NCBI GenBank assembly: GCA_965248445.1
Contig: CBDFJG010000002.1
Coordinates: 352,001 to 416,000 of the forward strand
Direction: 5' to 3'
DNA length: 64,000 nucleotides
From: Planctomycetota bacterium
GTDB taxonomy: Bacteria > Planctomycetota > JAJSAM01 > JAJVHW01
Under the pieces are notes generated by a model. That model was given only the letters and a program-made list of their open reading frames with translations. It ran no database searches and had not been told where the DNA came from. Of the stretch, positions 18,341 to 28,912 are shown piece by piece. Position numbers and translations under genes: made by a program. Position 1 is the first letter of the stretch. Each line of letters opens with the position of its first letter.

Positions 18341-19467
18341 CGGCGTTGAGAAGGAAGCGCCTCTTGTTCAGCGCAGCCGCCGTGCTGCTCGCACTACTCG
18401 TGCTCGAGAGCGCGGCACGGATCATCGAGGTCTTCGAGCCGCCTCTGGTGGTGGACGCCGGACTCGGCTTCGACGCGGAGAGCCGCGTGTTCCTGGCCGT
18501 ACCCGGTCACCCCCGTCTGGTGGCCACGAACGAGGCGAAGAGGCGGGTCTTTCGCAGACAGGAGTTCCTCCGCGAGAAGGCCCCGGGAACGCTCCGCGTA
18601 GCTGCCCTCGGCGGCTCCAGCGTCAACTTCCTCGATGACGAGCTGCAGGTTCTCCGTACTCGTCTCAGGGCGCGATACGCGGACCGGTACAGCGCCGTCG
18701 AGATCCTGAACTGCGGCGGCAAGTCCTACGGAACCCATCGTCTGCTGCGCGTCCTGCAGGAACTGCTCGCGCTCGATCTCGACCTGCTGCTCGTCTACAC
18801 GGGGCACAACGAGTTCGAGGAGCTCGAACAAGAGCAGTACAGCCGTCCGGCGCTGGCGCCACTCGCGCGCGCTGTCTCCCACCTCGCGCTGGTCAGGGTT
18901 CCGCGCGACTTCTTCGCCCGCCCGCGCATCGCGGAGTTGCGGGCAGAGCGCGCGGCCAGCAAGACGAGCGACCACCCGGACCTCGCGCCCGCCTGGACGC
19001 ACGAGTTCACGATGGAAGAGGTCAAGGCGCGCATGCGGGAGTACCGCGCGAATCTCGGGTCGATGATCACTCTGTGTCGTGAGGCGGATGTGCCGGTCGT
19101 CATCGGCACCGTGCCGTCGAATCTCGTCCGGCCCTACCTGCCGCGCGCGGCCGTCGAGCGCTACGCCGAGGCGTTCGCGCACTTCAACTCCGGTGAGTGG
19201 GAAGAGGGCCTGCCGAAGGCGCGGGCGATCTTGCGCGAGACGGCCGGCCGGCATCAGGCCTCGGATCTCGAGAACGCCATCGTGCGCGAGGTCGCGGCGC
19301 AGCATGGAGTGGCGCTCGCGGACGTGGAACAAGTCACGATCGACGCCGAGCCCCACGGCGTGCCCGGTGAGACGCTCTTCGAGGACCACACTCACCTCAA
19401 CGGCGTGGGGAGGCGGCTCTGGCGTGAGGTCTATGAAGCGCGGATCGCCGAGGTCCTGGCGCGCTAA
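18337..19467 (+). CDS. SGNH/GDSL-like hydrolase
   Basis: LGGSS, NCGG.SY, YTGHNE, FEDHTHLN. Confidence 0.75.
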   Translation: MTALRRKRLLFSAAAVLLALLVLESAARIIEVFEPPLVVDAGLGFDAESRVFLAVPGHPRLVATNEAKRRVFRRQEFLREKAPGTLRVAALGGSSVNFLDDELQVLRTRLRARYADRYSAVEILNCGGKSYGTHRLLRVLQELLALDLDLLLVYTGHNEFEELEQEQYSRPALAPLARAVSHLALVRVPRDFFARPRIAELRAERAASKTSDHPDLAPAWTHEFTMEEVKARMREYRANLGSMITLCREADVPVVIGTVPSNLVRPYLPRAAVERYAEAFAHFNSGEWEEGLPKARAILRETAGRHQASDLENAIVREVAAQHGVALADVEQVTIDAEPHGVPGETLFEDHTHLNGVGRRLWREVYEARIAEVLAR

Positions 19468-19491
19468 AGGCCGCGCGACGGCGCAGGCCGG

Positions 19492-20583
19492 CTACCTCGC
19501 GGGCACGACGCGCAGAGTGGCGGGCGCGGACTTCGCGATGACCGTCTTCTGTGCTTCGAAGCTCAGCGACACGCGGTAATCGAATTCGCCACTGGCGGAC
19601 TCGGCGGACTCGACGGACTCGCCAGGCTCGGTCGGCTCGCCCGCTTCGCGCCGCGGGACGATCGCCAGTTCGGTGGACGTGAGTCCGTTCGGACCGAACA
19701 GCGCGATCTGGCCGCCCGGCTCGAGGACGATCGGCCCGCGAGGCGCGGTCTCGCGGGCGTCGGCACTAAGCGTCAGGTTGCCGGTCTTCTTCGTGAACTC
19801 GACGCTCACGCGGACCTGATCCGGCTGGATCGTGAGCGTCTCGGCGGAGACGTTCTCGACATGGGCGACGATCACCTCGGACGCCATCTGGGTCGAACCG
19901 AAGACGACGGTCCCCGTCCGCACGATCGTCACGCGCACCGGTTCGATCGCCGTCCACTCGACCCACTCGGACTTCAGGTCGTAGGGGGCGTAGGCGTCCA
20001 TCGAGCCGAGTTCCTCCGGCGCGTCGGGGTCGCCGCTCCACTGAGAAGCACGCGAGGACCTACGGGAGAACGAGTACAGGCCGCGGATGCGGTACCGGCC
20101 GGGACGCGCCAGATCGTGGATCCACGTGATCGGACCGTAGTGCTCGAACTCCACCGCGTCGCCGGGCTCGAGCGTCTTCAACTCGTCGAGCCAGTTCGCG
20201 TCGTAGTTGCCGCAACGCATGATGCGCTGCGCCTCGACCGCCACCGGCTCGCCGTCGGCGCCGTAGCGCTCGACCTCGTAGCGGATGTGCGGCTCGCGCC
20301 AGCCGACCATCGATCCGTCGCCCGGCATCACGACCGTGTGTCGCGTGGACTCCGAACGGTTGCGAAGCGAGATGGAAAGCGCCGGCATCGAGCCCGTCCA
20401 GACCGGCGCCTCGTCGGTGCGGTCCATCACGAGCTCGACGTCCTTCTGCACTGCCTCCGCGGAGATCTCGTACTTCACCGGTTCAGGAGTGGGCTCGGGT
20501 TCGGCGTCCTGGGCATAGCCCGGAGCGGCGTGAACGACGACCGAGATGGTCAGTCCGAGGAGGAAGAAAGCGGTGCGGCGCAT
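19492..20583 (-). CDS. Secreted hypothetical protein
   Basis: Signal peptide; Ig-like PGRYRI motif. Confidence 0.65.
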   Translation of the reverse strand: MRRTAFFLLGLTISVVVHAAPGYAQDAEPEPTPEPVKYEISAEAVQKDVELVMDRTDEAPVWTGSMPALSISLRNRSESTRHTVVMPGDGSMVGWREPHIRYEVERYGADGEPVAVEAQRIMRCGNYDANWLDELKTLEPGDAVEFEHYGPITWIHDLARPGRYRIRGLYSFSRRSSRASQWSGDPDAPEELGSMDAYAPYDLKSEWVEWTAIEPVRVTIVRTGTVVFGSTQMASEVIVAHVENVSAETLTIQPDQVRVSVEFTKKTGNLTLSADARETAPRGPIVLEPGGQIALFGPNGLTSTELAIVPRREAGEPTEPGESVESAESASGEFDYRVSLSFEAQKTVIAKSAPATLRVVPAR

Positions 20584-20745
20584 GAAGCTGGGTTTCCCAT
20601 CGAGCCCGGCAGAGGTGGGTTCGCGGCCTTGGACGCGATCCTCGGCCGGGAGTTCCCGCAAGCCTGGTCGGGTTCGCATTCGAGGCTGGAGCACACCTCC
20701 GGCGGCGGCGAGAACTCGGCGCCCCTACCTCCGGTTCGACGGGGT

Positions 20746-20973
20746 ATGGGCATACTTCCGATCCTCGCCGCCTACGTCTGCGCCCAGTACTGGTACTACG
20801 CCGCAGACGAGTTCGGGGTGTCGTCCCGCGGACTCGCTGCTGCGAGCCTGGCCGTGTTCGGGCTGATGCTCTTCGTTTGGCCAGGCGGCTTGCTGATCGC
20901 GTTCGGGGCACAAGCGGCGATCGCCTTGGGCCTCGGCGTCGTGGGCGCGATCCGGATGTCCGCGCAGGAGTAG
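20746..20973 (+). CDS. Small membrane protein
   Basis: 75 aa, mostly hydrophobic. Confidence 0.5.
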   Translation: MGILPILAAYVCAQYWYYAADEFGVSSRGLAAASLAVFGLMLFVWPGGLLIAFGAQAAIALGLGVVGAIRMSAQE

Positions 20974-21028
20974 GTCCGTCGCACCCCGGTTACCAGTCGT
21001 GTTCGTGAAGCGGTGACCGCGCGGAGCG

Positions 21029-21934
21029 TCAGTGCGAGTCCGCGATCGCGCCGGGCAGATCGGTGGCGAGCCAGTCGAGCAGACCCTCCGGCGACGTCGG
21101 GATCATCGAGAACCGGGCGACGCCGTCGTCGTCACGGCGGGCTCGGACGCCGCGATACAGCCCGAGCACCGCACCGTCCAGACCGATGAACGGCGAGCCG
21201 CTGGCGCCCTCGTGCGGCACGCTCCCGGCCAGGACGTCGACGTCCATGTACATGACGCCCTTCCCGATGACGGCAAGCGGGAAGAGCACGACGCCGTTGT
21301 TCGTGGCGTCCTCGATCAGCTTCCCGTCCTCGCGCTCGCCCATGTCGTCCGGGTACCCGAGCAGCCCGACCAGTTCGTCGGCGCCCATGAGCCGGACCGG
21401 CAGTCCGGTCCCCGCCGGCGCCGGCCGGTCGAGCAGGAGCACGGCCCAGTCCGACATCTGCTCGATGTCCTCGGTCTTCGTGCGCCGCACGACGCTGGCG
21501 CTGCGCAGCGTGCCGTCCGTGAATGCGACCGTGAGCGTGCAATCTGCCCGCTCATCGAGCTTGCTCATGGTGTGAGCCGCGGTGAACACGTGCTCGCCGC
21601 CCGCGAGGACGACGCCGCTCCCCGTGTACGAGATTGTCTTGTCCCCGCGGGAGTGCTGCACGCGCACGCGCACGACAGAGTGCTTCACACTCTCTAGCGT
21701 CGCGGCCAGCGCTCGCGCCTCGGGATGCGCACCCTCTCGGATGAACGCCTCGACGCCGGCACGGCCGGCTTCGAGGAACTTGGTGTCGGTCTGAACGTAC
21801 CGCGATGCGTCCGAGTCACCGGTGGATGGGCCGCGCGGCCCGATGAACGCACTGAGCAGCCCGAGGGACCCGAGGGCGATCGCACCGAGCACCAGGAGTT
21901 GCGTGTGCGCAATGAGCTCCTTGATCTTCGCCAC
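21029..21934 (-). CDS. Trypsin-like serine protease
   Basis: TAAH, DWAVL, GYP, GASGSP. Confidence 0.85.
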   Translation of the reverse strand: MAKIKELIAHTQLLVLGAIALGSLGLLSAFIGPRGPSTGDSDASRYVQTDTKFLEAGRAGVEAFIREGAHPEARALAATLESVKHSVVRVRVQHSRGDKTISYTGSGVVLAGGEHVFTAAHTMSKLDERADCTLTVAFTDGTLRSASVVRRTKTEDIEQMSDWAVLLLDRPAPAGTGLPVRLMGADELVGLLGYPDDMGEREDGKLIEDATNNGVVLFPLAVIGKGVMYMDVDVLAGSVPHEGASGSPFIGLDGAVLGLYRGVRARRDDDGVARFSMIPTSPEGLLDWLATDLPGAIADSH

Positions 21935-22040
21935 GCGCGCAGGCTAGCGCGCAGCGGGTACGGCGCACGTCCGGGAGCACGTTGTCGCAGGCGTCCAGCG
22001 GATCACCGCCGCCCCGGGTCGCCCGGCTAGGATCTCGGTC

Positions 22041-22688
22041 ATGGGCACACAATCCTGGTTCCCGACGCTCGTCTACGACGCGCCCCTCATGAAGGGGGGC
22101 AACGCAAAGAGGGGCGACGCAAAGGGGGGCAACGCGAAGTGGAACCGGGAGCTCCTCGCAGAGTGCCTGCAAATTCGTGACGCGGACGACGAGGGCCGCC
22201 GGTGGTGCAAGGCGAACTACCCGAACGGGTACACGTCGTACGCGTCGATGAACCAGCTCCACCGCATGTCGCCGTACGTGCGGGAGCTCGAGGCGAAGCT
22301 CGAGCGGCATGTGCGATCGTTCGCACGGTCGCTCGACTTCGATCTCGACGGCCGCCCGCTCGAGATGACCGACTGCTGGGTCAACGTGATGTCACGCGAC
22401 TGCGCGCACGGTCTGCACCTGCACCCCACCTCGACGATCAGCGGGACGTACTACGTCAAGACGCCGCGTGGCGCGTCGCAGCTCAAGTTCGAGGATCCTC
22501 GGCTCGCCCAACAGATGGCCGCCCCACCGCGGAAGCCGGATGCGCGTCCGGCCAACCAGCGGCACGTGCTCCATCCTGTCGAGACCGGACGGGTTGTCCT
22601 GTTCGAGAGCTGGCTTCGACACGAGGTGCCGCCGAGCCGGATCCAGGCCGAGCGGGTCAGCATCAGCTTCAACTGGCACTGGGCCTGA
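22041..22688 (+). CDS. TIGR02466-like 2OG-Fe(II) oxygenase
   Basis: WVNVM, HGLHLH, ISGTYYV, LFESWLRHEV, RVSISFN. Confidence 0.85.
   Translation: MGTQSWFPTLVYDAPLMKGGNAKRGDAKGGNAKWNRELLAECLQIRDADDEGRRWCKANYPNGYTSYASMNQLHRMSPYVRELEAKLERHVRSFARSLDFDLDGRPLEMTDCWVNVMSRDCAHGLHLHPTSTISGTYYVKTPRGASQLKFEDPRLAQQMAAPPRKPDARPANQRHVLHPVETGRVVLFESWLRHEVPPSRIQAERVSISFNWHWA
22092..22139 (+). repeat. Three 15-bp in-frame tandem units (KGGNA-KRGDA-KGGNA)
   Basis: AAGGGGGGCAACGCA AAGAGGGGCGACGCA AAGGGGGGCAACGCG. Confidence 0.8.
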
Positions 22689-22775
22689 CCCGCGGACTGC
22701 AACTCCAGCAGGCCGCCGGGCGTTCCTAGTTCACCGGGGAGGCTCGCGCGAGACCCCGGGCTCAGGGAGTTGAAC

Positions 22776-23769
22776 ATGCGTGGCGGCGCCTTCAGAGTAG
22801 GACTCTCCATCGCTACGGCGATCGTGCTGGCCCTGTCGGCAGCCGGGTTCGGCGAGGACCTCGGGATCCGAGACGCGAGTGCCCGCTGGGGAGTCAGCGG
22901 CAGGACCGGATCGCCGCGGCACCGCCTGAAGATCAAGGGCACGTTCCCCAACCTCGGCGCGCTGCAGAACTTCGATCCCGTCGTGGACGGGCTGCGCGTC
23001 ACCGTCGCGGGTGTGACCGTCATCGACCAGGCGCCGTCGGCCGACGCACGGGGCTTCCGCTTCAACTACCGGCGCGGCGAGCTGCGCAAGTGGCGCTTCC
23101 GACAGAAGGGACCGGCCGGCACCGTCGGCGTGCGCACGTTCAAGGCGAACGTGCTGACCGGTAGATTCACGCTGCTGCTGCGCAAGGCGGCGCTCACGAG
23201 CATCCGCGATGCAGGAGCGCAGGACGTCACGGTCGAGGTCGAGATCGGCGCCGTGACCGTCGAGGAGACGTTCTCGTTCTTCCCCGGCGCGTCGTCGACC
23301 TCGAACCGCTGGCGGTACGTGAGCGCCGGCGGAGGAGGCGGCGGACCGGGGCCGATCCCGAACGGTCCGCTTGCGTACACGGCGTTGGTGAGTTTCTCGC
23401 TCTCGAACACGCCGCTGAACCCGGTGATCGTGGTGCGCTCCCAGCAGGAGCTCACCACGATGTGGAGCCAGCTCGGAATTCCCGGCACGGTCGGTCCCCG
23501 TCGTCGACTTCTCGCAGGAGATGGTCATCGCGGTGACGGCGCTCGTGGGTGGACCGGGCGCCTTCCCGCCGATCCTCAACGTGACCGCGGCGCGCGTGCA
23601 ATCGGGCCAGATCCAGCTCGACTGGTCGCTGTCGCTCTGCGAGGAGAACACCTGTCCGGGGGCGCCCATCCCCTGCCCCACCGCGTCGCCGTTCCAGGTG
23701 ATTCGCACGCAGGCGCTCGACCTGAACATCACCACGATCCAGGGTCCGACGCTCGGCGTCTGCCCCTGA
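22776..23769 (+). pseudogene. Secreted protein with PrcB-C-like domain, frameshifted by a 4-bp duplication
   Basis: CGGTCGGT at 23488-23495; removing one unit gives GIPGTVPVVDFSQEMVIAV. Confidence 0.7.
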
Positions 23770-23896
23770 GCCGCCCTCCAACCTCCGCGTCGAACGCGCG
23801 TTGCAGTCGAGGGAGATCCTCCGCGCCGATGTACCCTCGTGCCTGTAGCACGGCGTGGTGGCGGGGCCGTTGCAGCTCAGGCGTTGGGAGTTCGTG

Positions 23897-26563
23897 ATGC
23901 GGATCTACCGGAATGCTGTCGTAGCCCTGATCGCCGTCTTCGCCGCGGGAGTCGTCCTCGGGGGTTGTCCCGCGGACAAGCCAACACCCAAGCCGGCACC
24001 ACCGGTGCAGCCGCCGCCGAAGCCCGCTCCTCCGGTGGATCCGGTCGATCCGCCCGTGAAGCCCCAGACGTCCGCGACGGGTGACGTGGAGTTGATCGTC
24101 TCCTCCCCACCCGGCTCACGCATCGGAACCGAGTACGAATACTCGATCATCGCGCGCAACAAGTCGAAGGCGGAGGTCAAGAACGTCGTCGTCACGGACA
24201 TCCTGCCCCGCACCGTCGAGTACGTCTCGAGCAACCCGCCCGCAAAGGTGCAGGGACCGATGCTCACGTGGGAGTTCGCGTCGCTCGGCGCGTACGGAAC
24301 CGAGTACCTCCGCGTGACAGTGCGCGCGACCCACGAGGGCGACGCGGCACATCGGGCGAGTATCCGGGCCGACGGTGGCGTGGGACACGAGAGCACGTCT
24401 ACGACCGCGATCGCGGTGGCGAACGTCGCGCCCGTTCCGCCGACCCCGCCCGTGCAGCCACCTCCGGTCCAGCCCCCACCCGTCGATCCGCCGGCCGGGA
24501 GCCCGACGCTCTCGGTGGTGCAGACGTGCGAGCCGACGGTGCTTGTGTGCGATCCGATCCTCTTCAAGGTGCAGGTCGAGAACATCGGCACCGTCGCGTC
24601 CCAGGCCGGGATCGTCGTGTCCGACCTGCCGGAGGGTCTCACCACGCGTGACGGTTCGCGCTCGATCTCGATCTCCGTCAGCCCGTTGCGCGGCGGCGAG
24701 AAGCGGGACGTGCAGTACGAGGCCATCGCTCAGCGGACCGGGAGGTTCGCGAGCATCGTCACCATACGCGAGGGCAACGAGACACTGGGAACGGCGTCGT
24801 GCGCGCTGCAGGTCACGCAGCCCCTCCTGTCCATGCGCGTGGAGGTGCCCTCGGAGGTCGCTCCAAGCACCGAGTTCGAGGCGCGCATCACGGTCGAGAA
24901 CCGCGGCGACGGCGACGCCCGCGCGTTGCGTGTTCAGGCTCTCGTGCCATCCGGTTCGCGCTTCATCAGTGCAAGCGACCGCGGCCAGGCCCCCGACGGG
25001 CGCACGGTTGCGTGGGACCTGACGACACTGGCGCCGGGGCGATCAACGTCGGTGACGGTGCGGCTCGGCGCACCCGCCGTCGGCACCCTGCAGACGGACG
25101 CGAGCGCAGAGGCGTATTGCGCGGAGCGCGTTGCAGCGTCTGGCCGCACGAATCTCGCGGACGTCGTACCACCCGCCCCGCCGGACAGCCGGGGTCTCGA
25201 GGTCGTGGTGCGCGCGCCGGCGACCGTCAGCGAAGGAGACACGTTCGACTGCGCCATCGACGCGGAGAACACGAGCGCGACGCTCGCACGCGCCGCTGCT
25301 GTCCGCGTCGAGTTGCCGACGGGTCTCGAGTACGTCTCGAGCAACCCGCGGGCGCGAATCAGCGGCACGACGATGACATGGGACCTGGGCGACCTGCGAC
25401 AGAACGACCCGTTCCCGCTGAGCATGACGGTCCGCGCGACACAAATCGGTCAGATCGAAGCGTGCGCGGAACTCTCCACTCAAGACGGCCGGAGTAAGCG
25501 CCACTGCGCGACGACGACGGTTCGCGAGCGCACGTCGCTCGCCTTGAAGTTCGAGTGCCCAGAGACGATCCTGGTCTGCGACCCGCTCGAGTACCACCTC
25601 GTCGTCACGAACAACTCCGCACGCAACCTGAGTGATGTGATCGTCGACGTGCAACTGCCCGACGGGCTGGCAACGGACCGCGGCGAGCGATCCGTGCGCG
25701 CACGTATCGGCACTGTGCGCGCCCGCGAGTCACGCCAGGTCACATTCTCCGCCCGCGCGTCGAAGAAGGGCGCATTCGAGGTGCGCGCGACGGCAACTGC
25801 GTCAGGCGGCGAACGCTCGGACTCCACGTGCAGCACCACCGTCACGCAGCCGGTGCTCCAGCTGACGACCACCGGCCCGGAGAAGGCCGCGCCGGGAGAC
25901 ACGCTGCAGTACTCCATCGCCGTCAAGAACACAGGTGATGCGGCAGCCGCCGACTGCGTCCTCGAGAACTCGATTCCCGAGGGGACGACATTCGAGTCTG
26001 CCAACGGGGGCGGGACCAAGGCCCAGCGATCGGTTACGTGGAAGCTGGGACAACTCGAGGTCGGGGCCGAGAAGACGGTCACCTTGACGTTGAAGGCGAG
26101 CGACGCTCGTGCCCTCCAGAACACGGTAACGGCGAAGGGCTACTGCTGTGAGGATGTCACGGCGACAGCCGCGACCTCCGTCGACGTGCCGCCGCCCACC
26201 CTGCGAATCACGTGCGCGCTCTCACGCCCCCAGATCCGCGTCGGCAAGACATTCGAGGCGACCATCGTGGTCGTGAACAACGGCAAGGCCGACGCGACGA
26301 ACGTCGCCGTCACCTGCGCACTGCCGCGGATTCAGTCGGCGGCCAGCGCTGCGGGGCCGGCGGGAGTCGCGCACCGGATCGACGGGCGCAAGGTGACGTT
26401 CGATCCGATCGGTAAGCTGCGCCCCGGAGAGAAGGCACGGTTCACCGTGACCGTCAACGCGGCTCAACAGGGCGAGGGAAGCGTGGTCGGTGTCGTGCGC
26501 GCTGACGGACTCAGTTCCGCGCAGCGCACACAATCGCCGCAGATCCGCCAGATCAAACGCTGA
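23897..26563 (+). CDS. DUF11-repeat, OmcB-like Cys-containing lipoprotein
   Basis: Lipobox LGGC; repeated N.G...A..V.V...LP.G..YVSS units; VLVCDP twice; YCC. Confidence 0.8.
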   Translation: MRIYRNAVVALIAVFAAGVVLGGCPADKPTPKPAPPVQPPPKPAPPVDPVDPPVKPQTSATGDVELIVSSPPGSRIGTEYEYSIIARNKSKAEVKNVVVTDILPRTVEYVSSNPPAKVQGPMLTWEFASLGAYGTEYLRVTVRATHEGDAAHRASIRADGGVGHESTSTTAIAVANVAPVPPTPPVQPPPVQPPPVDPPAGSPTLSVVQTCEPTVLVCDPILFKVQVENIGTVASQAGIVVSDLPEGLTTRDGSRSISISVSPLRGGEKRDVQYEAIAQRTGRFASIVTIREGNETLGTASCALQVTQPLLSMRVEVPSEVAPSTEFEARITVENRGDGDARALRVQALVPSGSRFISASDRGQAPDGRTVAWDLTTLAPGRSTSVTVRLGAPAVGTLQTDASAEAYCAERVAASGRTNLADVVPPAPPDSRGLEVVVRAPATVSEGDTFDCAIDAENTSATLARAAAVRVELPTGLEYVSSNPRARISGTTMTWDLGDLRQNDPFPLSMTVRATQIGQIEACAELSTQDGRSKRHCATTTVRERTSLALKFECPETILVCDPLEYHLVVTNNSARNLSDVIVDVQLPDGLATDRGERSVRARIGTVRARESRQVTFSARASKKGAFEVRATATASGGERSDSTCSTTVTQPVLQLTTTGPEKAAPGDTLQYSIAVKNTGDAAAADCVLENSIPEGTTFESANGGGTKAQRSVTWKLGQLEVGAEKTVTLTLKASDARALQNTVTAKGYCCEDVTATAATSVDVPPPTLRITCALSRPQIRVGKTFEATIVVVNNGKADATNVAVTCALPRIQSAASAAGPAGVAHRIDGRKVTFDPIGKLRPGEKARFTVTVNAAQQGEGSVVGVVRADGLSSAQRTQSPQIRQIKR

Positions 26564-26583
26564 TCCGGCTCTGTCGTCATCAG

Positions 26584-27360
26584 CTAGGGCTTGGTCTTGA
26601 CGAACTTGCCCTTGCGCTTGTTGTCCTGGGTGATGCTCAGCTCCGGGCCGAACGGCCGCGTGCCGCCGGCGTCACCGTGGAACCAGATCGTGTAGACGCC
26701 GCCCTTCTTGAATTTGAAGTCCGTGGCCTGGCCCTTGACCTCGTCGAGGTCGTTCTTCACCTGCACGGTCGCCTTACCGGTCGCGACGTTGTGATACGTG
26801 GGGACGAGCACCACCGTCTGCGTCGTGATGGGCGCCACGTCCGCGACGACCTCGGTGCCGCCGATCTCGAGCTTCACGCTGCTCATCGCATTGATGACCA
26901 GGTTGAAGAATCGGACCTTGGCGAAGCCGGCGTCCGGGGCGGACAGATCGTCGAACGCGATCAGAGCCGGCGGACCGATGTAGCCGCCTGCGTTCGTGTT
27001 GATCGAGCCGATCGCGACCGCAGTCAGCGCGCCGTTCTCGTTGACCTGGAACGCAGCGGTATTCAGTTCCGCTCCCTCGATGCACCCCTGCCCCGCCCAG
27101 TAGCGCTGGAACGAGTTCTCGGCCGGCGCCGGGCCGACCTTCTTGTACTTCGAGGTCTCTCCGTAGCCGACGTTCTTGGCGAACAGCTTCCCGTTGTTGC
27201 AGAAGTCGAAATCCGGCGAGTCAGAGCTCAAGTGGATGATCCGGAACGCCGCGGTCGGCCCGGCCGCCGTCGCCCGCTCCGCGTCCCCCATCATCTCCAC
27301 GGTCATTCCGATCGCGCCGAGCGCGATGAGCACTCCAGCCACACGCATGGATCTACGCAT
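26584..27360 (-). CDS. DUF4397-like secreted protein
   Basis: FRIIHLSSDSP.FD, YGETSKY, AKVRFFN, GGVYTI. Confidence 0.75.
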   Translation of the reverse strand: MRRSMRVAGVLIALGAIGMTVEMMGDAERATAAGPTAAFRIIHLSSDSPDFDFCNNGKLFAKNVGYGETSKYKKVGPAPAENSFQRYWAGQGCIEGAELNTAAFQVNENGALTAVAIGSINTNAGGYIGPPALIAFDDLSAPDAGFAKVRFFNLVINAMSSVKLEIGGTEVVADVAPITTQTVVLVPTYHNVATGKATVQVKNDLDEVKGQATDFKFKKGGVYTIWFHGDAGGTRPFGPELSITQDNKRKGKFVKTKP

Positions 27361-27377
27361 TCACCCCTCCTCCACGC

Positions 27378-28912
27378 GTACCTGTTCAGGTCATGAGTGA
27401 GCAACCCCGTGCTCAGCGACTGATCGGCAGCGCGACGAGAGTCGGCGGCGGCTGTCCGAGGACGGCGGCGCTGGTGGCGGCGACGAGGTAGTCGAAGACG
27501 TTCTCGCCGCGCTGCCTGCAGGTGGCGGTGACGGTCAGGATGCGCTCGACGAAGCGCAGGCCCCGCTCGCTCTGGCTGCCGTGGGTGCCGCGGCGCCACA
27601 GCACTGGTTTGCGCACGGCGCGCTCGGCGATGTTGTTGGTCGGGGAGACACCCGGCACGTCGGCGAAGGACCAAAGTGCCTCGGCTCTTGCGAGCAGATG
27701 ACGACTGATCCCGCGGACTCGACGCTGCTTGCTGTCCGCCCCGCGTACGAGCAAGTCGATCAGTCGCGACCACGTCGGGCGCAGCTCTCGCTGCATCCTT
27801 GCGCGGTCCCCGTGCTCACCCAAGCGGCGATGCGCTCGCATGACGGCCTGGGCGAGCGAGACCGCGCTCTTGCCGAAGCGACGCTCGCCAGATCGTCCCT
27901 CCGCAAGCGAGCGAAAGTCGCGCTCAAGGTGCGCCCAGCAGATCTGGCGACGCTCGGTCGGGTGCCGGTCGTAGGCGCCCATGCGGTCGGTGACCAGGAC
28001 GCCGCGGTAACGGCGACCGATGAGTCGTCGCATGGCCTTGGCGCTGCGACGACGATCGATCCGGTGGACCACTGCGTGCTCGCTGACCGCGCTCCACAGC
28101 CAGTGCAGGACGCCGCGACGAGGCCACGGTGTTTCGTCCACGTGAGCGACCCGGCTCGTGCGCACGGCACCCAGTGCCTCGAGGTGCGCGGAGGACAGCG
28201 CACCCGACACCCGCTCCTCGATGGCGCTCACGGTGCCGGGCGACATCGACACGCCGATCACGTCGCGCAGCAGGCGGCTCGTCTCCCGCCGCGACAGCCG
28301 GAAGACTCCGACCAGCGAGGCAGTCAGTGCGGTGAGCCGTGGACCGAAGGGACTGGCGGTGACGCCATCGGGCAGACGCCCCGTGGACGTCATCCCACAC
28401 CCTGTGCAGCGAGCGCGGTGCAGCCGGTGCTCGGTCACGTGGACCAGTCGCGGCGGTAGCGCGAAGACCTGCTGCCGCGTGGGGGCACGATCGACCGCAA
28501 TGAGTGCGCCGCTACCGCAGGAGCTGCACTCCTGCGGACGGTGGTCCTGGACATCATCGACCTCGGACTCGTCCACGAGCTGGCGCGTCGTGCCCTCGTG
28601 ACCCGACTGCGCACCCTGCTTCTTGTCAGACGGCGGCTTGCGCCGCCGCCGCCTCTTGGACCACGACGGGTCCGACGAGGGCGGCCGCGACGATGTGCGG
28701 GAGTCGCGTCGCAATCGGCTCTCGAGCTCGTCGATGCGGGCTGCCTGACGCTCGATCACCTCCGCTTGCGACGCGATCGTCTCCTCCGCGTCGTTCAGCC
28801 GACGCGACATCCGCTCGACCAGCTCGCGCAACTCGTCGGTGCCCACACACTCTTCATCGACCCGCGTCGGAACAATCTGGATCCTCGGTCAGATCAAGGG
28901 CTGAACAGGTAC
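27378..28912 (-). mobile_element. IS66-family single-ORF element B, 1535 bp
   Basis: TIR GTACCTGTTCAG / CTGAACAGGTAC; no target duplication. Confidence 0.92.
27413..28846 (-). CDS. IS66-family transposase
   Basis: SSRPPSSD, HVDET, QICWAHL, TNNIAERAVR; diverged relative of 8118-9518. Confidence 0.95.
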   Translation of the reverse strand: MGTDELRELVERMSRRLNDAEETIASQAEVIERQAARIDELESRLRRDSRTSSRPPSSDPSWSKRRRRRKPPSDKKQGAQSGHEGTTRQLVDESEVDDVQDHRPQECSSCGSGALIAVDRAPTRQQVFALPPRLVHVTEHRLHRARCTGCGMTSTGRLPDGVTASPFGPRLTALTASLVGVFRLSRRETSRLLRDVIGVSMSPGTVSAIEERVSGALSSAHLEALGAVRTSRVAHVDETPWPRRGVLHWLWSAVSEHAVVHRIDRRRSAKAMRRLIGRRYRGVLVTDRMGAYDRHPTERRQICWAHLERDFRSLAEGRSGERRFGKSAVSLAQAVMRAHRRLGEHGDRARMQRELRPTWSRLIDLLVRGADSKQRRVRGISRHLLARAEALWSFADVPGVSPTNNIAERAVRKPVLWRRGTHGSQSERGLRFVERILTVTATCRQRGENVFDYLVAATSAAVLGQPPPTLVALPISR

